Shown one piece after another: positions 8,446 to 17,783 of a DNA stretch of 44,283 nt; the first letter of the stretch is position 1, and each line of letters starts with the position of its first letter. A program made the position numbers and the translations under genes. The notes under the pieces were generated by a model, which was not told where the DNA came from, did no database searches, and saw only the letters and a program-made list of their open reading frames with translations. Source of the stretch: Escherichia phage B2; the sequence record NC_073069.1. One strand, written 5' to 3'.

Positions 8446-10265
8446 TTCTCCGCTAACTTACTTTCTAACGCCTCAACCTTCGCCGCCAAATGCTGAACAG
8501 TAGCGATGAGGTCAAGTAGCAGGACGTTTTCGTCTAATGCCAGAAACTCTTTACCCGTTGCGCTGGTGTACTTACGAACATACTGCGGGTCGATCTCTTC
8601 CAACTGCTGCGCGATAAAACCACGTCTGACCGTTTCCTTTTTGTCGTAGTTATAAACAAAGGAAGAGTATTCCATTGCCATAACGTTATCGAACGCAACT
8701 TGAGTGCCGATCCTGGCGATATCATGCTTCAGCGCCCTGTCGGACACAGGGGACTTTGAGAAAAGATAGTTAACAGTCCCGGAGTTGTTGCCAAAGGTAA
8801 TTTCGTAGCCTTCTGGGTTAAAGGTAGTATTTCGAATGATATCGCCGTTAGGCTGTACTCCTGACGCCATATCATAGTCAAAGACCTGCGAAATCATAGC
8901 GTGAGGGTGGGACGACGCCGATACGGGGTGAATCAACGCCCCGAACGAAATAAAGTTACGCCACCCGCCACCTGTCGTACCAGTGCCGCCGCCGACAAAA
9001 CCTACGTGACCCGCGTATTGACCGCTATTCCATGTATTCGCGAGGGTGACGTAGGTATTACCCGGCGACGCCGCGGTGGACGATGGATTCAGTCCTTTGT
9101 TGAAAATGATCTTGCCATCATATTTAAAGTCCCACGACGGCGAGGTCACCGGGTTGAGGGCGTTAACGGTCGCCAAACGGGTCCAGGCGTCTACGTTATT
9201 ACGGCCTTGAATCTGTAGCGACGTTCTGTATTTTTCGGCCCCAGCAACGATCACAGATGAGTCAAATCTACCGCCGTATACTTCTGTGCCATTCGCCGGA
9301 TCTGAAGCGTAATTATTGCGTAATCCCCAAAGTCCCACGTCATCAAGGCCGCGCCACACCCACCCTTTAGTCGCAGAGTCGAGAGGGTCGACTGGATCCG
9401 CTCCTACGCGAAGCGGTCCTGACGGCATAAGGTTAGCCCACGACGCACTTTTGTCCGCAAGCCCGGCGAGGTTGCCGGATTTAGTAAGCAGATTGTCGGG
9501 GTTTACGCTTTGCGCCCATTCTTCGGCCTGATCGCGAAATCCCTGCGCGGCAGTGCTGGCGGCTTGCGCTTCAGCCTTCGCGGCGTTGGCCTCGTCGCGA
9601 ATAGCGCCGGTGTCAGTCTTGATCTGGTTAGTCTGGTCTTTGATCGCCTGCGTATCTGCCTTAATCTGGTCAGTCTGCGTCTTGATGGTATTAGTGGCGT
9701 CGCGAATGCCTGCCGTCTCTGCCTTAATCTGATTGGTGGCGTCGCGAATACCAGCCGTCTCAGTCTTGAAGCCTTCGGCCTCATTGCGAAATCCGTGCGC
9801 TGCTGCTTCAGATGCCGCGGCTTGTTGTTGCAGGTTGCGCATTTCAACGGGGTCAACTTGCTTCATTAATTGCGACAGATAGCCCCAGGACATACCCTGC
9901 ATAACTTGCCCGTTCGGCAGCGTTACCGTGATTTCTTCTTCGTCTCCGAAGATTGCGCGCCAGTTGTTTTCGTCCGCGAGCATCAAGCGCAACGCTTTCT
10001 GCGCCTGGACTGTTACGCCCATCGTTGCCAGCGACATGGTATCGCGCTTAACGCCATCCCACGCGAGGCCAGTTGCCGTTGGGCCGTCGAACGGCAGCAC
10101 CAGCGTAAGCGCGGTGTCACTTTCGACTGACGCGATAGCAACAGTGTATGGGACTTGCCCCACTACCAGCGATAAGAAGTCGCCTGCTGTAAACAAGGTA
10201 AACGTCGTGCCTACCCCGACAACCGCCTTGCTGTTATTCGTTACGGATAGTGTACCCGCTGCCAT
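8442..10265 (-). CDS. tail fibre with C-terminal intramolecular chaperone (peptidase S74-like) domain
   Basis: Start at second ATG (10265) with gagga SD; central heptad-like repeats TAGIRDATNQIK; C-terminal SPVSDRALKHDIARIG matches the autoproteolytic chaperone signature. Confidence 0.8.
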   Translation of the reverse strand: MAAGTLSVTNNSKAVVGVGTTFTLFTAGDFLSLVVGQVPYTVAIASVESDTALTLVLPFDGPTATGLAWDGVKRDTMSLATMGVTVQAQKALRLMLADENNWRAIFGDEEEITVTLPNGQVMQGMSWGYLSQLMKQVDPVEMRNLQQQAAASEAAAHGFRNEAEGFKTETAGIRDATNQIKAETAGIRDATNTIKTQTDQIKADTQAIKDQTNQIKTDTGAIRDEANAAKAEAQAASTAAQGFRDQAEEWAQSVNPDNLLTKSGNLAGLADKSASWANLMPSGPLRVGADPVDPLDSATKGWVWRGLDDVGLWGLRNNYASDPANGTEVYGGRFDSSVIVAGAEKYRTSLQIQGRNNVDAWTRLATVNALNPVTSPSWDFKYDGKIIFNKGLNPSSTAASPGNTYVTLANTWNSGQYAGHVGFVGGGTGTTGGGWRNFISFGALIHPVSASSHPHAMISQVFDYDMASGVQPNGDIIRNTTFNPEGYEITFGNNSGTVNYLFSKSPVSDRALKHDIARIGTQVAFDNVMAMEYSSFVYNYDKKETVRRGFIAQQLEEIDPQYVRKYTSATGKEFLALDENVLLLDLIATVQHLAAKVEALESKLAEK

Positions 10266-10281
10266 AGCTGAATCCTCATAA

Positions 10282-10305
10282 ATTGGTTGCATTAATGGTT
10301 AAGCA
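10282..10305 (+). promoter_or_regulatory. ATTGGTTGCA motif upstream of the lipoprotein gene
   Basis: attggttgca at 10282-10291, about 55 nt upstream of ATG 10346. Confidence 0.4.
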
Positions 10306-10345
10306 GTGCAATACTAAAACTAAACCAAATATAGGAGATGATACC

Positions 10346-10630
10346 ATGAAAACTTTAATTATGATTTGTGCGGTTCTTTTGTCCGGTTGTGCCGACATGC
10401 CGTCTAAAATCTGCGACGCAACATACATGAATAGTGGTATGGAGTATTCCGTCCCGGTGTTTGGGGTCGCCGACTTTAGCGGACATAAAATGTTACGGGC
10501 GGGATACCCATTCAACTTCCAGTATGTGTCGGTCGACCACTTCAAAAGCACCACCTGCGAATACGCCCCGAAAGGGGCTTTTTATATCCCGTCCACGTTA
10601 ATTGCGGTCAGCGCAACTCCGGTGTTTTGA
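10346..10630 (+). CDS. lipoprotein (candidate receptor-blocking superinfection exclusion protein)
   Basis: aggaga SD then ATG 10346; signal peptide MKTLIMICAVLLSGC with lipobox LSGC; opposite strand to flanking tail genes. Confidence 0.55.
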   Translation: MKTLIMICAVLLSGCADMPSKICDATYMNSGMEYSVPVFGVADFSGHKMLRAGYPFNFQYVSVDHFKSTTCEYAPKGAFYIPSTLIAVSATPVF

Positions 10631-11253
10631 TACCCAGCGATGCTACCGGACCCAGCCTGCGTAGCGACTGCGTTAATGCGAGTGCCGCTTCCGTTGTCGT
10701 AAGCCCCTGCCCCCGCCGAGATCTGGATAATCTGCGGCTGACCTTGTACAAAGATCTGGATCAGAGTGGCGCCCATTAACATAGGTGATACCGCGTACTT
10801 ACCCGGCAGCGTCTGGTCTATGTTGATACCGCCGTTATTTCCGAAGCTGCCGACAGTGACTAGATCGGTGAGCACCTTGCTCTCGTTGGTGAGTATGCAC
10901 GTCCCACTGGCGTCCCAAATAGCAAACCCCCATCTCGGCAGCGGTTGCGGGAATCGCGCGAATATGTACGCCGTGACGGTAAAATGTGGGTTATTCTGAC
11001 CCTGAATGCTTCCGCTAAATATAATCCGGTTACCTGATCGTGACGCCGCCAGGACGCAACGGTTATTGGACCGCATGAACACCATCGCCGGATAGTTCGC
11101 TGGGATATCCACTGCGCCACTAGCCGTCTTATAATCCGCGCCTGCGTCAACTGAATTTGCGGACACCTTAGCATAGAGCACGAATGGCGTTGAGTTTGGC
11201 GTGACGAATGGGTTGCCGTTGTTGTTATCGATTAACGCGCCGAAGTTTGCCAT
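10582..11253 (-). CDS. hypothetical tail-associated protein
   Basis: 223 aa ORF in the tail gene block, G/N/S-rich; 3' end converges on and overlaps the lipoprotein gene. Confidence 0.45.
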   Translation of the reverse strand: MANFGALIDNNNGNPFVTPNSTPFVLYAKVSANSVDAGADYKTASGAVDIPANYPAMVFMRSNNRCVLAASRSGNRIIFSGSIQGQNNPHFTVTAYIFARFPQPLPRWGFAIWDASGTCILTNESKVLTDLVTVGSFGNNGGINIDQTLPGKYAVSPMLMGATLIQIFVQGQPQIIQISAGAGAYDNGSGTRINAVATQAGSGSIAGYQNTGVALTAINVDGI

Positions 11254-11255
11254 TT

Positions 11256-11558
11256 TTACGCTTTCTCCACAAAAACTACTACCTCACATTCTGATGCTGG
11301 GTAGTTTCCAATACCGACGCTGTTTGCGGCAGATACTGTTATCGTGTTCCCGCTGGCACGGATCGCCCGACCGACCGTAGTGCCGCCTACGTCCAGCGTA
11401 ACCGCAAAACCTACTTTCATACCTGACGGAATATCGAACGACCACGCCCCCGATGTTTGACCTTGTACCAGTTTAATAATTCCGACAACCGAAACGGGCT
11501 TGATCCCGTAGTTGTTTGGTCGCCCTTGCGCGTCCCATGTTGCGACACCGAAAGCCAT
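11256..11558 (-). CDS. hypothetical small tail-region protein
   Basis: First ATG with gggagg SD at 11558; the track ORF extends to a GTG at 11621 across a terminator hairpin. Confidence 0.4.
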   Translation of the reverse strand: MAFGVATWDAQGRPNNYGIKPVSVVGIIKLVQGQTSGAWSFDIPSGMKVGFAVTLDVGGTTVGRAIRASGNTITVSAANSVGIGNYPASECEVVVFVEKA

Positions 11559-11570
11559 GCTATACCTCCC

Positions 11571-11591
11571 TAAGAAAGGGGCCGAAGCCCC
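11571..11591 (-). terminator. hairpin with T-run downstream of the J-like gene
   Basis: ggggc-ttcg-gcccc on the minus strand followed by tttctt. Confidence 0.45.
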
Positions 11592-11595
11592 TGTG

Positions 11596-14500
11596 TTACC
11601 AATAACCTGTGATTTCACCAATTTGCACGCGGAGCACGCCGTTTCCGTCCCTAACGCTGATTTGCGTGTTTGTCTGTTTCATCCCGCCACCGTTACCGGT
11701 TCCCAGGTTGATAAACGTTCCGTCTTTCCCTAAGCGCCAACCACGCGAGTAACCGTCATAGTTATTCGATTGCAGCGTGTCCGTGATCTGCGCGAAGTTG
11801 ATAGTCGCGTCTTTGATGCGTGCCGTGTCAATATACACCGCGCCGCCGTCTACGATAAACGCGGACGAAAGCGACCCGTTAGATGGGTGCATGATGTAGA
11901 ACTGGTCCGCCTTGAACGCGATGCGGGATTTAACCGCGCCACCTTCCGCAACAACTGAAAGCAGCATACCGGCATCGTAGTAAGTCCCGTTATACGTCAC
12001 GCCAGCCTTAAGGCTATATGTGGCGCTGCCACCGGAGTGGTTAAACGAAGACGTCATCTTCTGCTCGATAGCTGCGGACTGCTGACCGAACTGTGCCGCC
12101 ACCTGGGTCTTGTACTCCGCAAGTGCGCCCGCCACGTCCGCCGTTGCCATTTGCACCTGCTGGATGGCGGCCTCCTGATCGGCGAACTTAGCGGCAACAG
12201 TTTGCTGGTACTGGGCGAACGCTTGTTCCTGCGTACTCTGCGCCGTCTGCAACGTGTGGATTGCCGCTTCCGCATCGTCAAGGCGCGTGCCGATCAACGT
12301 TTCCAGTTGAGCTACCGCCTTGTGGGCGTCCGCCGCCACGTTATACGCGACCGAGATTTCTGCATAAATACCCTTGTACTCGGCGCGGGCGTTGAACAAT
12401 TGCTGCGCGTCGGTGAGCATCGCCTCGTAAATACCCTGCGGGACCGTGTCGATTGCTTCCTGGAAGCGTTTACCATCCTCGGAAGTCAAGAACTCGTCAT
12501 CAAGCCCCTTCATGTACTCGTCAACTTTGTCACTCACCTGCCCTTCAAACGGGGCCGACCAGTCCGACAGGTTGCCGATTTTATCCGCTACACGGGCGCG
12601 CAACTGCTGGTAAATTCCGAACTCAAGCGACGTTTGCGCATAATCGGACCCAGGGTATGGGACGTTGGTCAGGAATTTCCATTCCGTTTCTCCCGTCTTG
12701 CGCACTTCTAGCTCGGTGTATGAAATATCCGTCGCGGCGTTGTTGTGGTTCCACTTCCACAAGATCTGGTGAAGGCCTGAAATCGCGTTGGTGATGATAG
12801 GTGCGTTAAGCCCGCCGAGACGACCTTCCACCGGCGTGATTTCGGAAGACACCCACGGGGATGAAATCTCACCCATACCGATTGCGCGGACGCGTGCCTG
12901 GTAGTTGCCGGAGAACACGTTAGGGATGTGCGCCCCATTCGACGCCGTGCGTGGGATATTCACCCAGTCGTTACCCCACTGGATTTCCATATTCTGAAGG
13001 CTTGTACGCCGCCACTGGATTTCATACACCACGGCATCCTTCACCGGCGGGAAAACAATATCCACGTTGGTGATTAGCTGGCCTTGCGATGAGATCTGCG
13101 ACGGGGTGATGGTAACAGATTCCGGCCCCTTCATTACGCCGTCTGGCACTTGCGTGAAGATACCCGGATCTAGACGCGCGCCATTATCAACGGCGTCATA
13201 TTTGCTGTCGTTGTATTCAATCCCGCGCACCGAAAAAGTGCAGGTAGAGTCGTCATACTCCAGGTCGGTGATGCGGAATTTCTGCAACTGGATATCGTCG
13301 CCATCAACGCAAAACGGTTGGTCTGGAATCGGGTCGGCATCCAGTGCGGTTTTTAGAGTGACCTTGTTGCCGTTGACGCTGGCGATCTCGCGAGTCTCCA
13401 CATTACCGCTATCGGTGCGCACCAGGAACTTATCGCCGGGTCGGAACGTGATTTCGCTGTCCGTGTTCAGCACGGTACGCGTCCCAGGGTCCGACAACAG
13501 CCGACCGCCGCGAGTCTCGAATCCGCCAGAAATGTTTGTATCCGCGATCGCGACTACGCTACCCGGAATAAAGAATAGCCCCTCCATGCCAACCTTAAAA
13601 CTAACTTGCTGGTCAAGCTGGTTGGATATTAGCGCCCAATGCCCGCGGCGTTGCGCTTCGGATTCGCGCGTACAGCCGATCGCCGTAATATCAAGACGGT
13701 TAATCTTATGGCGGCGCACCAGTTCGACGCGCTGGCCTGTCGCGATGGCGTCATCGTAGTGGTTTTTCGGGTTGCCGTATGCTACCGCGAATGTGGAATA
13801 GCGCGTTTTCTGGCTGCCAGATGCGTAGTCGAATCGCCCATCAATAACAGATGCGTTGGTAATAGTGTGTGACACCGCGGCTACCGGTTGGTCACTGACG
13901 ATATTCAACATCTGGTTTCCCCACCAGGTCATCCCGGCGAAGATGGCAGCTAAATCCTTAAGCACGGTCCATGCGTCTGTCTGCGACTGGATGTACATAT
14001 CATTCTTAAAGCGGATTTCTCGACCACCGTTGCCGTCGCTGACCAACTGATCGCAGCGCTGCGCGATCTGGTAGAGCGCGTACCGGTTCAGCATTTGCGG
14101 TTTGATCCGGCGACCGAGGCCGAAGCGTTCAGTAATACAAATATCGTACCAGTGCCACGCAGGGTTATCCGTCCATGCGCGTTTGAACGTACCATCCCAG
14201 TCGCCCGAATAGGTATGATTAATCGGGTCGTAGTTGTTCGGGATCAACACCTTGCGACCTTTGCACTTAATGGACACGCGCGGGATGTTCTGGAACGCTT
14301 TAGCGTCGAACTCCACGAACAACAGCGCGGTTAGCGGGTAACGCAGGCGGGCGTCGATAATCTCAGTTATGGATTGCACCTGGATACCATTAACCACTTT
14401 CGCCGATGTGGAGTCTGCCGTTATGCGGTGCACCTCCACGCGCCAGCCGGTGTTAACGTTCGGCGGTAGCTCGATGCGGTGGTCGCGCTCATATAGCGAC

Positions 14501-15015
14501 ATTGTTTTACCAACGGCGGCGAATCTGAACTCACGCGGGTCGGCGTTATCCGTATACACAACGATTTTATAGTCGATGCGCCCACCCACCAGGTCGCCGT
14601 TGTCTTCGTTTGTGTACAGGGCCGGAATGCCGATTCTAATGCGCACGGCGTCAAGACTGGTGTCGTTAATCTGGCGCACCCACGGCGTGCCGTATTCCAG
14701 TTTTACGCCTACGGTTTGCTCACTTTCCACCGCGGAAAATCCGTGAATCACGTCCTGGTGCTGTGTGCCGGGGCGGAACTCCACGCGCGCGCCGGGGAAG
14801 TTTTCGGATCGGTCGGCGTTCTGGATCGGTGTGCCGTCCAGATAAACGCGCTGCCGTAATTCGTTGGGGTCGGGAATGCCTTCGAACTCACCTTCACCCA
14901 GTGCGAGCAAGATGCGGATTTTAGCCAGCGAATGCAGGCTATCGGGCGTCTCCTGTGGGGTGTGCTGTTTGCCACCGCCGCCTTTATGGCCCGCGACGTC
15001 GTATACAATCGTCAT
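11596..15015 (-). CDS. tail tip host-specificity protein (lambda gpJ-like)
   Basis: 1139 aa; N-terminus HKGGGGKQHTPQETPDSLHS resembles the lambda J N-terminus; follows the gpI/K/L/M-like genes. Confidence 0.85.
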   Translation of the reverse strand: MTIVYDVAGHKGGGGKQHTPQETPDSLHSLAKIRILLALGEGEFEGIPDPNELRQRVYLDGTPIQNADRSENFPGARVEFRPGTQHQDVIHGFSAVESEQTVGVKLEYGTPWVRQINDTSLDAVRIRIGIPALYTNEDNGDLVGGRIDYKIVVYTDNADPREFRFAAVGKTMSLYERDHRIELPPNVNTGWRVEVHRITADSTSAKVVNGIQVQSITEIIDARLRYPLTALLFVEFDAKAFQNIPRVSIKCKGRKVLIPNNYDPINHTYSGDWDGTFKRAWTDNPAWHWYDICITERFGLGRRIKPQMLNRYALYQIAQRCDQLVSDGNGGREIRFKNDMYIQSQTDAWTVLKDLAAIFAGMTWWGNQMLNIVSDQPVAAVSHTITNASVIDGRFDYASGSQKTRYSTFAVAYGNPKNHYDDAIATGQRVELVRRHKINRLDITAIGCTRESEAQRRGHWALISNQLDQQVSFKVGMEGLFFIPGSVVAIADTNISGGFETRGGRLLSDPGTRTVLNTDSEITFRPGDKFLVRTDSGNVETREIASVNGNKVTLKTALDADPIPDQPFCVDGDDIQLQKFRITDLEYDDSTCTFSVRGIEYNDSKYDAVDNGARLDPGIFTQVPDGVMKGPESVTITPSQISSQGQLITNVDIVFPPVKDAVVYEIQWRRTSLQNMEIQWGNDWVNIPRTASNGAHIPNVFSGNYQARVRAIGMGEISSPWVSSEITPVEGRLGGLNAPIITNAISGLHQILWKWNHNNAATDISYTELEVRKTGETEWKFLTNVPYPGSDYAQTSLEFGIYQQLRARVADKIGNLSDWSAPFEGQVSDKVDEYMKGLDDEFLTSEDGKRFQEAIDTVPQGIYEAMLTDAQQLFNARAEYKGIYAEISVAYNVAADAHKAVAQLETLIGTRLDDAEAAIHTLQTAQSTQEQAFAQYQQTVAAKFADQEAAIQQVQMATADVAGALAEYKTQVAAQFGQQSAAIEQKMTSSFNHSGGSATYSLKAGVTYNGTYYDAGMLLSVVAEGGAVKSRIAFKADQFYIMHPSNGSLSSAFIVDGGAVYIDTARIKDATINFAQITDTLQSNNYDGYSRGWRLGKDGTFINLGTGNGGGMKQTNTQISVRDGNGVLRVQIGEITGYW

Positions 15016-15629
15016 TCGTTCAAATCCTCGGTTACGATTCCTGCTGAAATAATAGCGCCGCCGATCTCACGCTCGCCCCATAATACACCAAGCGCCGTAC
15101 CTTGCGCGGTCGTGTTTACAGGCCCACCGAACGCATACGACGCTTTGTTGTCAACGTCCTGCCGTGTCTGCAATCCTTTCGGCTGCGGCGACAGCAATTG
15201 CATAGCCCCGCCCAGCGCCATCGACACCCCGAACGAAAACGTCGCTGTACCGATAGCGGCAGCGGTCGCAGCCGAAGCCCCGAAAGCGGCAGTAGCAAGT
15301 CCGCCCGTATAGAACGACGCCACTACGATCGCGACACCCGCCAGCAATTGCCCCAACCCTCTTTTTGCGCCAGTCATAACCGGCGCGATGGTAACGACGC
15401 GGTTTCCGTGGAACTCGCCCAGCTCATCATAACCTGTCATCGTGTGGTTGCCTTTGCGCACCTTGAACATCATATTGTCCAGGTGGGCTGACATTAAAAA
15501 GTCCTGTAATCCTGGCAACTTCACACACAAGCCGGTGATTCCTTCGCCCGGTGTGAAGCAGTCCAGCTTATGCACTTTACCAAAACGACGCCCTAAGACG
15601 CCGTACAATTTAAACGTGGTCATTGCCAT
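15012..15629 (-). CDS. tail assembly protein (lambda gpI-like)
   Basis: 205 aa, glycine/alanine-rich hydrophobic C-terminal half, position between K-like and J-like genes. Confidence 0.7.
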   Translation of the reverse strand: MAMTTFKLYGVLGRRFGKVHKLDCFTPGEGITGLCVKLPGLQDFLMSAHLDNMMFKVRKGNHTMTGYDELGEFHGNRVVTIAPVMTGAKRGLGQLLAGVAIVVASFYTGGLATAAFGASAATAAAIGTATFSFGVSMALGGAMQLLSPQPKGLQTRQDVDNKASYAFGGPVNTTAQGTALGVLWGEREIGGAIISAGIVTEDLNE

Positions 15630-16360
15630 TCTGTGATATTCCCCGGTAGGTCTTTATGACGCACCCATTTAACCACATTGTCACGGAAAAATCCTGCCCG
15701 GAAGGGGATGACGCTCGACAGGCTGCCGTAGATATGGTGCAGTAATTGGTTGCCCGGGAGGAATATCCCAGCATGGTTAGGTACTGGAGCGCTGATTTGC
15801 ATGATGACCATTGCCCCCGGAGTATCCTCCTCGCACTCCCGGAAGCCCGCGCCGTACCAATTATCCATATACAGATTTTCGCCTGTCTCCCACCAGTTAT
15901 ACGGCACGCGGAAGTCTGGCAGGTTTACACCCTGCTTTTTGTGCCAGTCCATTACGAGGCCGTAACAATCCGTAATTCCGAGAACAAATCGGCGGCCTAC
16001 CAGCGGCGGGTCTTCAGGGTCGATCTCGATAAAGTCGCCATATTCGTTAGTGATGGTCCAGACTACGCCGCTGCCGTTGCATCCGTTAACGTCGCCCAGT
16101 GAGGGGGTAAGCTCTCGCTGTCCTGGATGCGAGTGGACTACGCGCACGACGTCGCCCATATCCTCGGCATCCATCCAGGCCATATCGCTGATTGTAAACG
16201 CGTCCTTTCGCGAGCGCACGCCGGTAGGGTCTTCGAATACGTTCATGCACGGGACAAATACTTGTTTGCGGCCTACCATGACGACCAACCCGCAGGCTTC
16301 TTCCGGCAGACAGGCCGCAACGTGCGCGGCGATATCGCTTTTAACCTTCTTCGTTAACAT
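15620..16360 (-). CDS. tail assembly protein (lambda gpK-like, JAB/MPN plus NlpC/P60 domains)
   Basis: JAMM-like VVRVVHSHPG motif and C-terminal Cys/His peptidase-like region. Confidence 0.75.
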   Translation of the reverse strand: MLTKKVKSDIAAHVAACLPEEACGLVVMVGRKQVFVPCMNVFEDPTGVRSRKDAFTISDMAWMDAEDMGDVVRVVHSHPGQRELTPSLGDVNGCNGSGVVWTITNEYGDFIEIDPEDPPLVGRRFVLGITDCYGLVMDWHKKQGVNLPDFRVPYNWWETGENLYMDNWYGAGFRECEEDTPGAMVIMQISAPVPNHAGIFLPGNQLLHHIYGSLSSVIPFRAGFFRDNVVKWVRHKDLPGNITEWQ

Positions 16361-16362
16361 GG

Positions 16363-17151
16363 CTACCCCTTAATCAATTTGGACCCAGGAAAACCACCGA
16401 AGTCCAACACCGCAGCTTTAGGATCGGCAAGCCCCTGACCAAAACGAAGATAACAATCAGACAGGCAGCCGCCGCATCGGTCCATATCCATTGCTATGAC
16501 TTCGTTCCCTCGTTCGTCGTAATACTTGATCCCCGGCTTCGCAAGGTTCCACGTACACCCGTCCCCGCTGGCATACTTCCCATTGAGCGCCCATTCGCAC
16601 ATATTCATGATTTGGCGACGGGGAACGACCTGCCCTTCCATATCCGCAGGTGAGGATAGTGCGAAGGTGATTTGCTTGCCCGGATTGCGCCCGACCTGCG
16701 AGTCGATGTAATACTCCTGAACTCGTTTCTGCGTCGGGTCTGGATCGGTCCCGTTGTCCAGGAACTTCGCGAACGTATCAATGATCTCAACCTTCGCGCC
16801 CAGTAGCTGGTCGTGATTCAGCGACAGCCGGGTGATTATGCCGCCAATATCGACAATGGTTAGCTGCGGTTCCGCTGCCGTTGACGTGGAGAAGTTGAGG
16901 CCGGACAAATCGAAGGGCCAAAATTCGAACTCCTGCCCGCCGAAGAAGATGGATTTGGGCTTCAGCTTATCCTCGTCACCCCCAGCGGCAGCAATATCCT
17001 CGGCAGTGTGCGGAATAAAGCAGTAGTGGAAATAGTGATGGCCCGCGCCGATCGCACCGTCTCCTGGTTCCACGTCCTGCGCGTCAATGTGAATCAGGCG
17101 AACGCGACCGGATGGGTCAAATCGCGTCGCTTCACGATATAATTTATTCAT
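16363..17151 (-). CDS. minor tail protein (lambda gpL-like)
   Basis: 262 aa with C-terminal cysteine cluster CGGCLSDCY as in gpL-like tail tip proteins. Confidence 0.7.
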   Translation of the reverse strand: MNKLYREATRFDPSGRVRLIHIDAQDVEPGDGAIGAGHHYFHYCFIPHTAEDIAAAGGDEDKLKPKSIFFGGQEFEFWPFDLSGLNFSTSTAAEPQLTIVDIGGIITRLSLNHDQLLGAKVEIIDTFAKFLDNGTDPDPTQKRVQEYYIDSQVGRNPGKQITFALSSPADMEGQVVPRRQIMNMCEWALNGKYASGDGCTWNLAKPGIKYYDERGNEVIAMDMDRCGGCLSDCYLRFGQGLADPKAAVLDFGGFPGSKLIKG

Positions 17152-17747
17152 CTTACAAACCCGATAGCAGTCTTAAGGGTGGCGGATACCGTTGCCGTGT
17201 AGTGTCCGTTGTCAGTGTACGACAAGCTCGAGCGCTCGACCACGAATAAACCTGTCTCGCCATCCGGCGCGGTGACGATGAACGGTTTTACAAAGTGCCC
17301 GCGAAGGAAGTTGTATACCAGCTTAGGGTCGCACCATTTGTCAGTAGTCAGCCCGACGAATTGCACGGGGAACTGTTTCGTTTCGGCGTTCGGGCCGTCC
17401 GCGATGTTCTGTCCGTAGCCATTGCCGAATTGCAATTCCTCCGACCGGAAAGCTAACTGCACGTCGCCGCCGCCCTGCAATTGCATGTGCCAGTAATAGG
17501 GCCATTCGTTTGATCGCGGGTCGTGTGCTTCGATTAGCTCATATGCCGCACCGGATTTCGATGGACCGGCCCAGTTATCTTTCAGTGTAATGACCGTGTT
17601 CGAGTTGAATGCTGCAATTTTGCCGGTGTAGTCGTTGCCGTCGATGCGGGCGAATACGAGTACCTTCCCGATCTCGCTAAGGAACGCCGTCCCCGCGCCT
17701 GTAACGGTCTTACTTCCTTTCGTTAATGTGATTGTACCTTGTGACAT
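17148..17747 (-). CDS. minor tail protein (lambda gpM-like)
   Basis: 199 aa, position immediately downstream of the tape measure gene, overlapping stop/start with the L-like gene. Confidence 0.65.
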   Translation of the reverse strand: MSQGTITLTKGSKTVTGAGTAFLSEIGKVLVFARIDGNDYTGKIAAFNSNTVITLKDNWAGPSKSGAAYELIEAHDPRSNEWPYYWHMQLQGGGDVQLAFRSEELQFGNGYGQNIADGPNAETKQFPVQFVGLTTDKWCDPKLVYNFLRGHFVKPFIVTAPDGETGLFVVERSSLSYTDNGHYTATVSATLKTAIGFVR

Positions 17748-17783
17748 AAAAAAGCCCCCACGATGGATGTGAGGGCCATTTTA

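Noticed and set aside
12037-12711. 224 aa + strand ORF (and similar ones at 13067..13759 and 9510..9869) inside tail genes
   Set aside because: Antisense to the J-like and tail fibre genes, R/L/C-rich shadow frames
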